Source of the DNA: an uncultured Candidatus Saccharibacteria bacterium
Lineage (GTDB): Bacteria; Patescibacteriota; Minisyncoccia; Phycocordibacterales; PALSA-1337
DNA: 60,640 bases
NCBI GenBank assembly: GCA_964543075.1
Contig: CAZIVT010000003.1
Coordinates: 1 to 60,640, forward strand
Direction: 5' to 3'
Shown: positions 29,951 to 44,340 of the stretch, piece after piece
How the letters are laid out: each line of letters opens with the position of its first letter
Numbering within the stretch: position 1 is the stretch's first letter
Translations under genes and position numbers: made by a program
Notes under the pieces: generated by a model
What the model was told of the DNA's origin: nothing
Seen by the model: only the letters and a program-made list of their open reading frames with translations
Databases searched by the model: none

Positions 29951-30858
29951 GGTCGTATGTGGGGGGTATCTAGAGTATCCACGATATCAACAGGCGTGAA
30001 TGACGATCGCCATTCCTTGATGAAAGGGAACGGTTGGTCGGCCGTAGATGCGTATTCAGGATGGTCTTCGGCATGTTCCCTGAATGCGTCCGATATACGA
30101 GCTGTTATAGCAGAATGCAGGGGATATCCCGTGACCTCCTGATCAGTGCCGATCCAGAGCACCGTGGAGGGGAGACCGAGCGCGGCGGCCATTCCCTGGA
30201 TCGCCCCATCGACGAGGAGCCGTCTAGAGACGTGTGCGAGCGCCGCGGCGTAGTGTCGCGCATTGGACATCGTCAGGCGCGCGGCTCCGACGATCGCCGG
30301 ATCGTCGTCTCTCCGTATCTGTAGGATCGCGTATCCGCGCTCGCGCATCAGGTCGGCTGTCTTCTGGGCGACGACCATCGGCATCGTGCGGCGCCATCGG
30401 CTCTGGTAGGGCCATCCGGCGGGACCGTCGGATATTGAGAAGAGCGCGGATGGCCTACCTTCCGTGAGACGAGAGACGATCGTCTTGCCGATCTCGTCTT
30501 CGCGGCGAGTCAGGGTCAGCTCCGGCGCAGGACCATCCCAAGGCACGCCACAGAGACGGCACCAGATCTCCGTCAGGTGACCGCGGCCATGCAGGAAATC
30601 ATCCGTCTCGTAGGGGTCCAAGCGGAAGATCAGCGTATCTCGTTCGCGGATGTAGTCCTCGTAGAAGTAGGGAGTCGATCCGGCCGTATATACCCGGTAG
30701 ACGCGCGGGTTGTGTAGCCAGATATGAGGATTGCGGCTGATGATGACGATCTTGCGATCGGGGTGCGCCTTGGAGATAGCACGGACGACGGCCGTGGCGG
30801 CCAGATCCTTGTCCTCGGATCCATGGCATTCGAAGAGGGCGAATTCCGAACGGTTCAT
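29947..30858 (-). CDS. Second, more divergent GT9-like paralog
   Basis: ATAVVRAISKAHPD, WLHNPRV and HLTEIWCRLCGVPWDGP shared with the neighbour. Start 30858 from TATAAT 6 nt upstream. Confidence 0.72.
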   Translation of the reverse strand: MNRSEFALFECHGSEDKDLAATAVVRAISKAHPDRKIVIISRNPHIWLHNPRVYRVYTAGSTPYFYEDYIRERDTLIFRLDPYETDDFLHGRGHLTEIWCRLCGVPWDGPAPELTLTRREDEIGKTIVSRLTEGRPSALFSISDGPAGWPYQSRWRRTMPMVVAQKTADLMRERGYAILQIRRDDDPAIVGAARLTMSNARHYAAALAHVSRRLLVDGAIQGMAAALGLPSTVLWIGTDQEVTGYPLHSAITARISDAFREHAEDHPEYASTADQPFPFIKEWRSSFTPVDIVDTLDTPHIRP

Positions 30859-31018
30859 GGGGCAATTATAGGTATGAATCACTGGCGGCGCAAATCGAGG
30901 ATCAAGGTCGCACCTCGAGGTGCGACCTTGATCGGCTCTTGCCACCCGCTCTGATACTTTGGTATAATCATGCGCAGTACAGCGAACTGTACGATTACGA
31001 ATAAATCCTTTTTCGATT

Positions 31019-31372
31019 ATGCAGAAAGACCAAGAGTTCCTCGAATATGTCATCAAGTCGCTCGTAGACAATCCTGATCAGGTCAAGGTATCTCGCACGG
31101 TAGATGAGATGGGTGTGCTCCTCACGCTCGATGTCGGCGCCGCCGATATGGGCAAGATCATCGGTCGTCAGGGCAATACCGCCAAGGCTGTCCGCACGCT
31201 CCTGCGCGTCGTCGGCATGAAGAACAACAGCCGCGTCAATCTCAAGATCAATGAGCCGGTCGGTGGCCTCAAGGATCCGGACAGGATCGCCCAGGGCGAC
31301 GCCGCGATGCCGCTCGTCACCCCCAATTCCAAGACGGTGGATGAAGCGATGGCGGATCTCAAGTTGGAGTAA
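31019..31372 (+). CDS. khpA: KH-domain RNA-binding protein
   Basis: DMGKIIGRQGNTAKAVRTLL (GxxG KH motif). Confidence 0.92.
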   Translation: MQKDQEFLEYVIKSLVDNPDQVKVSRTVDEMGVLLTLDVGAADMGKIIGRQGNTAKAVRTLLRVVGMKNNSRVNLKINEPVGGLKDPDRIAQGDAAMPLVTPNSKTVDEAMADLKLE

Positions 31373-31496
31373 ATAGAAGATAGCAAATAGAAGAGATCAA
31401 AAAGTCGGGCGAAGGCTCGATTTTTTGAATGGTGACATTTTTCACAAATCGTGGTAAAGTAATGTGCCACGATTTTTTGTCGACTATAAAAGCAGT

Positions 31497-32315
31497 ATGA
31501 CCACCTATCACCTCATAACTCTCTTCCCGGAATCCACCGAGTCGTATCTCGACGCCTCTATTTTGAAGCGTGCCCGGGAGAAGGGGATTATCGATATCAA
31601 GTATTACAATCCGAGGGATTTTGTCGGAAACTCAAATTCATCCCGCCAAGGCGGGAAACTCAAATTCATCCCGCCAAGGCGGGACAGGCAAAAATCAAAA
31701 CTGACATACCAGGATCGGCGGGTGGATGATAGGCCGTATGGGGGCGGGCCGGGGATGGTGATCGAGGCACTGCCGGTCATTCGCGCGATTGAAGCAGCGG
31801 TAGGGAAGAAAATCCGAAATCCGAAATCTGAAATCCGAAACAAATCCAAAATCATCCCGCCAGGGCGGGACAGGCGAAATTCAATAGCCAAGAAAGCGCA
31901 GGTCAAGATCGTCTTTTTCTCGCCGGCAGGGAAGCAGTTCACCAATGAGATGGCAGATAGCTTCAAGAAATATACCGATATCGTCTTCGTCTGCGGCCGC
32001 TATGAGGGTATCGACGCTCGTGTGAAGAAAGCGTTTCCAATGATCGACATATCGGTCGGACCGTATGTGCTCACCGGCGGGGAACTGCCGGCTATGATCA
32101 TGATCGATACCATCACTCGGCGCATCCCGGGAGTCCTCGGCGACAAATTGTCCGTAGAAGAGGAGCGCGTGGCCAGTCCCGATGTCTACACTCGTCCCGA
32201 AGTCATCGAATATAAGGGCAAGAAGCATCGAGTACCCAAGATCCTTCTGAGTGGTCATCATGCCAAGATGGATGAATGGAAAAAGGCGAAGAAAATAAAA
32301 AATAAAAACAGTTAA
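31497..32315 (+). CDS. trmD: tRNA (guanine37-N1)-methyltransferase with two in-frame repeat insertions
   Basis: ITLFPE, VDDRPYGGGPGM, CGRYEGIDAR, SVGPYVLTGGELPAM. Confidence 0.95.
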   Translation: MTTYHLITLFPESTESYLDASILKRAREKGIIDIKYYNPRDFVGNSNSSRQGGKLKFIPPRRDRQKSKLTYQDRRVDDRPYGGGPGMVIEALPVIRAIEAAVGKKIRNPKSEIRNKSKIIPPGRDRRNSIAKKAQVKIVFFSPAGKQFTNEMADSFKKYTDIVFVCGRYEGIDARVKKAFPMIDISVGPYVLTGGELPAMIMIDTITRRIPGVLGDKLSVEEERVASPDVYTRPEVIEYKGKKHRVPKILLSGHHAKMDEWKKAKKIKNKNS

Positions 32316-32334
32316 GACAGGATTTTCCGTATTG

Positions 32335-32560
32335 TTATCCACAGTCGTCAATCTCTTGACTTTCTGTATCGATGTGATAGGGTAGACACAACTTCGCAGA
32401 TTGTGTTCTGCAGTGTCAGACGGAAGCTCAGTTGAGCCAAGTCTGGCCAAAGCGGAGGATTAGAAAGGCTCATCATTAATCCTGCTTCGTGATCATCACT
32501 CGTTAACCGCGAGCGAATTCAATAACCGTTTTTCACGAAACGGTCGTTTTGCGTGGTATT
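32335..32560 (+). promoter_or_regulatory. rpoB promoter and structured 5' leader
   Basis: DnaA box 32335-32343; TTGACT-N16-TAGGGT with TG extension; series of hairpins ending ACCGTTT/AAACGGT. Confidence 0.55.
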
Positions 32561-32571
32561 AAGTCAGCCTC

Positions 32572-32665
32572 CAAATTCAAAGCACGAATTTCCAAATAAA
32601 CTACAAAATTTAAATTTTAAGGATTGAAACTTGGAGTTTATTTGGAAATTGTAATTTTGAATTTG
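32572..32665. repeat. Long AT-rich heptamer-type inverted repeat before rpoB
   Basis: Perfect 16-bp (32587-32602/32635-32650) and 10-bp (32572-32581/32656-32665) stems. Confidence 0.85.
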
Positions 32666-32679
32666 TAATTTATAAAATC

Positions 32680-35862
<3,183 letters not shown>

Positions 35863-35879
35863 TTCCCTAAATAATTTCT

Positions 35880-36491
35880 ATGAATAAAAAAATTATTTGG
35901 GGGATTGTTGCTGTGCTGATAGTTGCAGGAATGACGGTTGCCTATGTCCGCCAAGGGACTCCTGAATTTGGTCGTGAACGAAAGATTGGGCAGTATGAGC
36001 AATATGCCAAGGGTGTGTCATTGGAAGGTGATTATTCAGTTAAAGAGGACGTGTCAGCCCTTATGGTAAAAAAACTGGAATGGGGAATTTTGTTTCCGCT
36101 TCCAGTTGGTTGGAACGTAACCAATGAAGTGGATAGTCAGATCGTTCTTACAGAATACTCTTCCGGTGATCGCATAACATTGGATTATACGGAAAGCCAG
36201 AGCTATACCGATATTGATGCAAAGCGCGGTCAGGTTACCTATACCTTCAATGATGTGTCTGGTAAATGGGTCGCTGTGGAAAATACCTATACTGACGGCG
36301 GGATGGTTTCCAATGAAGCCAAGCCAATCCTTATGATTAAGAATGTCATTCCTGTTTTTGCTGGCAGTTCGCGTTGGAAGACATATATCGTCCCTCTGTC
36401 GCATACTCAATTCTTGAAAGTCAATATTACAGGTTCTGGTCAGACTGCTCCGCTCGATGAATTTATCAAAACCATTATCATTTCCGGCTAA
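35880..36491 (+). CDS. AT-rich hypothetical exported/membrane-anchored protein between rpoB and rpoC
   Basis: MNKK + hydrophobic helix; T/A-ending codon usage unlike its neighbours. Confidence 0.75.
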   Translation: MNKKIIWGIVAVLIVAGMTVAYVRQGTPEFGRERKIGQYEQYAKGVSLEGDYSVKEDVSALMVKKLEWGILFPLPVGWNVTNEVDSQIVLTEYSSGDRITLDYTESQSYTDIDAKRGQVTYTFNDVSGKWVAVENTYTDGGMVSNEAKPILMIKNVIPVFAGSSRWKTYIVPLSHTQFLKVNITGSGQTAPLDEFIKTIIISG

Positions 36492-36515
36492 TTTTTCAAT
36501 TTTAATTTAACCACT

Positions 36516-39500
36516 ATGTCCACCATCACCAAAAAGCCCCTCGACCCGACCCACTTCGACATCGTCAAGCTGTCGCTCGCATCGCCCGACAAGATCCTCG
36601 AATGGTCGTTCGGCGAGATCACCAAGCCGGAGACCATCAACTACCGCACCCAGCGCAGTGAGAAGAGCGGTCTCTTCGATGAGCGCATCTTCGGACCGGA
36701 TCGCGACTATGAGTGCTACTGCGGCAAATATCGCGGCATCCGCTACAAGGGCATCGTCTGCGAGAAGTGCGGCGTCGAGATCACCCGCTCCATCGTCCGC
36801 CGCGAGCGCATGGGCCACATCGAGCTCGCTTCACCCGTCTCTCATATCTGGTTCCTCCGCTCGGTCCCTTCCAGGATCGGCCTCATCCTCGGCTTGACCA
36901 CCGCCGATCTCGAGAAGGTCGTCTATTTCGCTGGATATATGGTCACCAAGGTCAATGATTCTGAGAAGACATCCTTCCTCAAGGATCTCGATGGTGAGTA
37001 CAAGAGCAAGCTCAAATCTGCGCAGGATGACAAGACCAAGGAGGCCCTCAAGGATCTTGTCGTCGCGGCTCGACGCGAGATCGAGAGCCTCGTCCCTGGT
37101 ATGGTCATGGATGAAGCCACCTATCACAAGTATGCCGTCAAATATGGCGCCATATTCGAGGCAGGCATCGGTGCCGAAGTCATCTATGATATCCTCAAGC
37201 AGATCGATCTAGAGAAGCTCAAGGGCGAGCTCGAGAAATCTCTGGAAGATGCCGGATCCGCCGAGCGTGAGAAGCTTTCCAAGCGCCTCGCGCTGGTCAA
37301 GCAGATGATCAAGGCCAAGCTCCGTCCGGAGTGGATGTTCCTGATCCGTATCCCCGTCATCCCGCCAGGCATCCGTCCGATGGTCGCGCTCGAAGGTGGA
37401 CGCTTCGCCACATCAGATGTCAATGATCTCTACCGTCGCGTCATCAACCGCAACAATCGTCTCCTCAAGCTCAAGGAGATCCATGCGCCGGAGGTCATCC
37501 TCCGTAACGAAAAGCGCATCCTCCAGGAAGCTGTCGATGCGCTCATCGACAACTCGATTCGCCACAGCTCGTCGGCCGGTGCCGCCGCAGCCGCCGCTCA
37601 GAAGCGCGCTCTCAAGTCGCTCTCTGATGGCCTCAAATCCAAGCGCGGTCTCTTCCGTCAGAACCTGCTCGGCAAGCGCGTGGACTACAGCGGTCGTTCC
37701 GTCATCGTCGTCGGCCCGGAGCTCCATCTCGATCAGTGCGGCTTGCCCAAACATATGGCTCTCGAACTCTTCCGCCCGTTCGTCATCTCGGGCCTCCTCA
37801 AGCGCGAGCTCGCATACAACATCCGCGGCGCCAACCGCCTCATCGATGATGGTGCCAAGGAAGTCTGGGAGATCCTCGAAGAGGTCATCAAAGGCAAGTA
37901 TGTGCTCCTCAACCGCGCGCCGACCTTGCACCGCCTCGGTATCCAGGCCTTCCGTCCGATCCTCATCGAAGGCAATGCGATCCAAGTGCATCCGCTCGTC
38001 TGTACGGCTTTCAATGCCGACTTCGACGGAGACCAGATGGCCGTCCACGTCCCACTCTCTGAGGAGGCTCAGTTCGAGGCGCGCGAGATCATGGCGTCAG
38101 ACAAGAACATTCTCAAGCCGGGCAACAATGACCCGACCGTAGCAGCCAAGATGCTTGATATCATCCTCGGTTGTTTCTGGGTCACCAAGAAGGTTCCCGC
38201 TCCATCCAAGGATTCAGAGGACAAGCGCGAAGGAACGAACATGAAATACTTCGAATCGCCGGAGGCCGCTCTGCTCGCATATGATTTCAAGACTATAGAT
38301 CTGCGTGAACCAGTCAACGTACTCGCTCCACATACCGACAAGTATGCCGCCTTCGGAGGGAAGGCATTTGAGACGACTGTCGGACGCATCCTCTTCAATG
38401 GCGTGCTCCCTGAGACATATCCGTTCATAAACGAAGATGTCGGTCGTAAGCGCATCGGATCTATCATCGACGACATGATCTCCTTGCATGGCGCTGAGAA
38501 GGTCGCCCCTATCCTCGATCGTATCAAGAAGTTCGGCTTCGGTTATGCCACCTATTCTGGCACGACCTGGGGTATCGATGATGTCGTCATCCCATCTGCC
38601 AAGGAGGAGATCATCTCCGCGGCCAAGCGCAAAGCCGATGTCATCACCGAGCAGTTCCAGGAGGGCATGCTCACTGAGTCTGAGCGCATCAGGAAGCACA
38701 TCGAGATCTGGCAGCACGCCAAGAGCGATGTTGAGAAGGCCATCCCGGCATCTCTCGACAAGAATGGCTCTGTATACGACATGATCACATCTGGAGCTCG
38801 CGGTTCGCTCTCACAGATCACTCAGATGGCCGGCATGAAGGGTCTCATCTCATCGGTGTCCGGAGAGACCATCGAGTTTCCGATCCTCTCCTGTGCCAAA
38901 GAGGGTCTGACCCCTATCGAATATTTCATCACGACGCACGGATCACGCAAAGGTCTCACTGATACCGCGCTCAATACTGCCAAGGCGGGCTACCTGACTC
39001 GCAAGCTCTTCGTCGTCGCGCAGGACGTCGTAGTCTCTGAGGAGGATTGTGGAACCAAGGATTCGATCGTCATCAAATCCCAGACGTCTTCTGGCATGGC
39101 TATCCCGCTGTCCAAGAACATCCGCGGCCGCGTATTGGCCGAGGCTGTCGAGGGACATGGAGGCAAGACGCTCTTCGCCAAGGGACACTTGCTGAGCAAG
39201 TCTGATGCTCTCAAGATAGAGGAGGAAGGTATCCTCGAGGTCAAAGTCCGCTCGCCGCTCTCATGCAAGACTGTCCGTGGCGTCTGTCGCCAGTGCTATG
39301 GTCTCGATCTGGGCAAGAATAGGCTCGTAGATCTAGGTGAAGCCGTCGGCACGATCGCGGCGCAGGCTATCGGAGAGCCCGGAACACAGCTCACGATGCG
39401 TACCTTCCACCAGGGAGGAGCGGCATCGCAAGGAGGCGATATCACCGCCGGTCTTCCGCGCGTCGAGGAGATCTTCGAAAAGCGCCGCCCCAAGAATCCT

Positions 39501-40217
39501 GCCGTGGTCGCTTCGGTCGACGGTACGATCATGGAGACAGTCGAACTCGGCAAAGAAAAGGTCATCCGCGTCCTCCCGGATATCGATGGTGCCGGTAGCA
39601 AGAAGAAAGCCGCTCAGGTCGAGTATGTATTCCCATATCGCCGTACATTCCTCGTCAAAGCAGGGGACAAGGTCAAGAAGGGCGACCTTCTGACCGACGG
39701 CTCGGCAGATATCGATGACATCTTCGAGTATGGTGGCGAAGAGCGCGCCAAGGATTATGTCATCGCCGAGGTCGGCAAGATCTATGAGCTTCAGGGCGAG
39801 ACGGTCTCGCGCAAGCATATCGAGCTCATCGTCAAGCAGATGTTCAGCCGCCGTCGCATCAAGGACGCGGGCGATACTGAGCTCACCGAGGGTATGGTCG
39901 TGGATGAGGCCTATCTGCTCGAGGAGAATACTATGGCCAAGACTGATGGTGGCTCTCCCGCCAAGGCGGACAAGATGGTCATGGGCATCACCGAGACCTC
40001 GCTCTCCAGGAAGAGCTTCCTATCGGCGGCTTCCTTCCAGCACACCACGCGCGTGCTCATCGGCAATGCCGTCCGTGGCGCCGAGGACAACCTCACCGGC
40101 CTCATGGAGAACGTCATCATCGGACGTCTGGTGCCTACGGGTACCGGCTTCGAGGGTTCTCCCAAGAAGGAGATGGTGGATGCGCTCAAGCCCAAGGAGA
40201 CATATATAGAAGAGTAA
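36516..40217 (+). CDS. rpoC: RNA polymerase beta' subunit
   Basis: NADFDGD catalytic motif, Zn-binding CxCG...[14 protein letters not shown]. Confidence 0.99.
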   Translation: MSTITKKPLDPTHFDIVKLSLASPDKILEWSFGEITKPETINYRTQRSEKSGLFDERIFGPDRDYECYCGKYRGIRYKGIVCEKCGVEITRSIVRRERMGHIELASPVSHIWFLRSVPSRIGLILGLTTADLEKVVYFAGYMVTKVNDSEKTSFLKDLDGEYKSKLKSAQDDKTKEALKDLVVAARREIESLVPGMVMDEATYHKYAVKYGAIFEAGIGAEVIYDILKQIDLEKLKGELEKSLEDAGSAEREKLSKRLALVKQMIKAKLRPEWMFLIRIPVIPPGIRPMVALEGGRFATSDVNDLYRRVINRNNRLLKLKEIHAPEVILRNEKRILQEAVDALIDNSIRHSSSAGAAAAAAQKRALKSLSDGLKSKRGLFRQNLLGKRVDYSGRSVIVVGPELHLDQCGLPKHMALELFRPFVISGLLKRELAYNIRGANRLIDDGAKEVWEILEEVIKGKYVLLNRAPTLHRLGIQAFRPILIEGNAIQVHPLVCTAFNADFDGDQMAVHVPLSEEAQFEAREIMASDKNILKPGNNDPTVAAKMLDIILGCFWVTKKVPAPSKDSEDKREGTNMKYFESPEAALLAYDFKTIDLREPVNVLAPHTDKYAAFGGKAFETTVGRILFNGVLPETYPFINEDVGRKRIGSIIDDMISLHGAEKVAPILDRIKKFGFGYATYSGTTWGIDDVVIPSAKEEIISAAKRKADVITEQFQEGMLTESERIRKHIEIWQHAKSDVEKAIPASLDKNGSVYDMITSGARGSLSQITQMAGMKGLISSVSGETIEFPILSCAKEGLTPIEYFITTHGSRKGLTDTALNTAKAGYLTRKLFVVAQDVVVSEEDCGTKDSIVIKSQTSSGMAIPLSKNIRGRVLAEAVEGHGGKTLFAKGHLLSKSDALKIEEEGILEVKVRSPLSCKTVRGVCRQCYGLDLGKNRLVDLGEAVGTIAAQAIGEPGTQLTMRTFHQGGAASQGGDITAGLPRVEEIFEKRRPKNPAVVASVDGTIMETVELGKEKVIRVLPDIDGAGSKKKAAQVEYVFPYRRTFLVKAGDKVKKGDLLTDGSADIDDIFEYGGEERAKDYVIAEVGKIYELQGETVSRKHIELIVKQMFSRRRIKDAGDTELTEGMVVDEAYLLEENTMAKTDGGSPAKADKMVMGITETSLSRKSFLSAASFQHTTRVLIGNAVRGAEDNLTGLMENVIIGRLVPTGTGFEGSPKKEMVDALKPKETYIEE

Positions 40218-40235
40218 GCGCGGGTATATTTGATT

Positions 40236-40266
40236 AGAAAACCGCCCTACACCAGGGCGGTTTTTC
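40236..40266 (+). terminator. rpoBC terminator
   Basis: AAAACCGCCC-TACACCA-GGGCGGTTTTT. Confidence 0.85.
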
Positions 40267-40537
40267 GTGTGATCGGGTAAATAACGGTGGTGGTGTGTAT
40301 TCATCTCAAGCGTCATCGGGATGTTCACTGCATATGAGAAATCCGATCCGCTGGCCATGGTGTATGCACTTCGGTCCACTGTCATGTGTGGGATCCTCAT
40401 ATACGCCCTGTACAGAATCGAAAGATATCATCCGATGCCCGCCTAGAACGCTTTAGAAATTGATGCTCAAATTTCTAGCCTCCTTTCAAGGGGGCTTTCG
40501 TTTTGTAACATAAGACGGAGTCTGCTATCTTCTCTAT

Positions 40538-41305
40538 ATGTCCAGAAAGTCCCCGGGGAAATACTCGATCATCCACAAACGTCTCGGCGAGACGCCACTG
40601 CAAGCCCTGGAGCGCTTTCGCGTGGAGCAGGGAATAGGGAAGGATGTCCCGATGACATATGCCGGCAGGCTCGACCCGCTGGCCGAAGGTGAACTGCTCA
40701 TCCTCATCGGCGATGAGTGCAAGCACAAAGAGAGCTATCTCGGTCTCGACAAGGAATACGAGATCGAGGTCCTATTTGGCATCGAAACGGATACATACGA
40801 TATTCTAGGTACACGCAGGGTAGACCTGCGTACGCAGGTCTACCCTGCGTGTACCGCGGAATACGTAGGAAAATTCACCCAAGAATATCCACCGTATTCG
40901 TCCAAGACTGTCGGTGGCAGGTATCTACATGAGTTGGCTCGAGCAGGGGAATTGCCCGATGAGATGCCTACCAAGGAGGTGGAGATCTATTCCATAGAGT
41001 CCTTAGGAACATATTCTATCGAGCTCAAAGAACTAAAACGTCGTGTATCCACAGCCGTCTCTTCGGTTACGGGTGATTTTCGACAAAAAGAGATCCTGGA
41101 TGCCTGGGATGACTATTTCAATGCCCAACATGCAAGAAATGGCGATGGTTCGGTGTTTTCAGTATTGAAATTGCGAGTCGTCTGTTCGAGCGGGACCTAC
41201 ATGAGGTCATTGGCTCATAGGATAGGTCGAGATGTCGGTATGGGAGCTATAGCCCTATCCATCAAGCGTACCCGCATATTTTTGGATAAGGCAGGGGCGA
41301 TGTGA
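40538..41305 (+). CDS. TruB-like tRNA pseudouridine synthase (short form)
   Basis: HKRLGETP, YAGRLDPLAEG (catalytic Asp), CSSGTYMRSLA. Confidence 0.85.
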   Translation: MSRKSPGKYSIIHKRLGETPLQALERFRVEQGIGKDVPMTYAGRLDPLAEGELLILIGDECKHKESYLGLDKEYEIEVLFGIETDTYDILGTRRVDLRTQVYPACTAEYVGKFTQEYPPYSSKTVGGRYLHELARAGELPDEMPTKEVEIYSIESLGTYSIELKELKRRVSTAVSSVTGDFRQKEILDAWDDYFNAQHARNGDGSVFSVLKLRVVCSSGTYMRSLAHRIGRDVGMGAIALSIKRTRIFLDKAGAM

Positions 41306-41317
41306 TACCATAGTGCC

Positions 41318-42301
41318 ATGCGACACGTCGTGATCAAAGAGGGTCCACTGGTATTCTTGCGCAGTGTCTTGGCTATGGAAGCGATCGCGGCGATCATATT
41401 CTTCGCTCTCTCATTTGCTGGCAACTATGGCGCGCTTTACGAGCACTGGGGCTTGGCTGACTACGTGAGGTTCGACGTTTTCGAAGTCCTCATATTTTCG
41501 TTGTTCCAAGTGATCTATATTTTCCTGCTTTTCCTCGACTGGTATGTGACCCGTTTCGAGATCAATGAGCGCGAGATCGTGCGCAGGTCGGGACTCCTCT
41601 TCAGACGCAACAAGTCCGTCAGCCTAGCCGCGGTAGCTGCCGTCGAGACATATCAGTCTCCGCTCAATCGTCTGATGCGCAATCATGCCACTATCATCCT
41701 CGAGCATGCCAACGGCCGTATCACCAAAATCAGGAATGTGCCTAATTTCGAGGAATACACATTCATCATCAAGGGCCTCGTTCAGGAATCCTCCGGACGT
41801 GTGCTCGCGAGCGATCCGCGCGTGCTCCTCGAGAAGGGGGAGGGCCAATATGTCGAATTCAAAGAGACGCTCCGCTATGACGCCAAGAAAGGCGAGACCA
41901 GCCGCGAGCTCGAGCGTATGTCGCTCAAGGCCATCGTAGCATTCCTCAATTCAGAAGGCGGCACGCTCCTCATCGGCGTCAATGACGAGGGCAAGGCGAC
42001 AGGGCTCGACGGCGACTACAAGACGCTGACCAAGAAGAATCGCGATGGCTTCGAGAATCATCTGACCACTCTAGTCAAGACACAGATAGGTCTGCCATTT
42101 GCCAAATATGTAAAAGCCCGCTTCGAATCGATCGACGGTCGCGATGTGTGTATTATTTCTGTCAGAGAGTCCCACAAGCCTGCCTATCTCAAGAATGGCG
42201 ATAAGGAGCACAAAGAGGACTTCTTTGTGCGGGTGGGCAACTCCAGCCAGCCATACTCGATGAGCGAGGCTGAGGAGTATATCAAGGTCAAGTGGAAGTG
42301 A
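41318..42301 (+). CDS. Membrane protein: 2 TM + bacterial PH domain + Schlafen/AlbA_2 domain
   Basis: Two TM helices; RRSGLLFRRNKSVSL (bPH_2-like); EGQYVEFKET...AFLNSEGGTLLIGVND (AlbA_2). Confidence 0.82.
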   Translation: MRHVVIKEGPLVFLRSVLAMEAIAAIIFFALSFAGNYGALYEHWGLADYVRFDVFEVLIFSLFQVIYIFLLFLDWYVTRFEINEREIVRRSGLLFRRNKSVSLAAVAAVETYQSPLNRLMRNHATIILEHANGRITKIRNVPNFEEYTFIIKGLVQESSGRVLASDPRVLLEKGEGQYVEFKETLRYDAKKGETSRELERMSLKAIVAFLNSEGGTLLIGVNDEGKATGLDGDYKTLTKKNRDGFENHLTTLVKTQIGLPFAKYVKARFESIDGRDVCIISVRESHKPAYLKNGDKEHKEDFFVRVGNSSQPYSMSEAEEYIKVKWK

Positions 42302-42375
42302 CTAGTGGTCGACGCAAAAACACCGCCCCTAGGGGAGGTGTGATCAAATTTTACTTGAGACTCAGCATGTGATCA

Positions 42376-44172
<1,797 letters not shown>

Positions 44173-44340
44173 GGGAGGTGGCGGGAGATAGGGTTATGTG
44201 CTGGGAAACAAAAACCCGCGGGCACAAGCCTGCGGATCGATGGCTTCTTGCCCATATAGTATGCACTATATGGGTTATTTTGTCAAAAGAAAATCCCGCC
44301 ACGTTGAGGTAGCGGGAGATGTGTGTGACTAAGTCAGGAT

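Noticed and set aside
40321-40446. 41-aa ORF after the rpoC terminator (MFTAYEKSDPLAMVYALRS...)
   Set aside because: Short, no clear promoter/RBS and no family recognised; may be a remnant.
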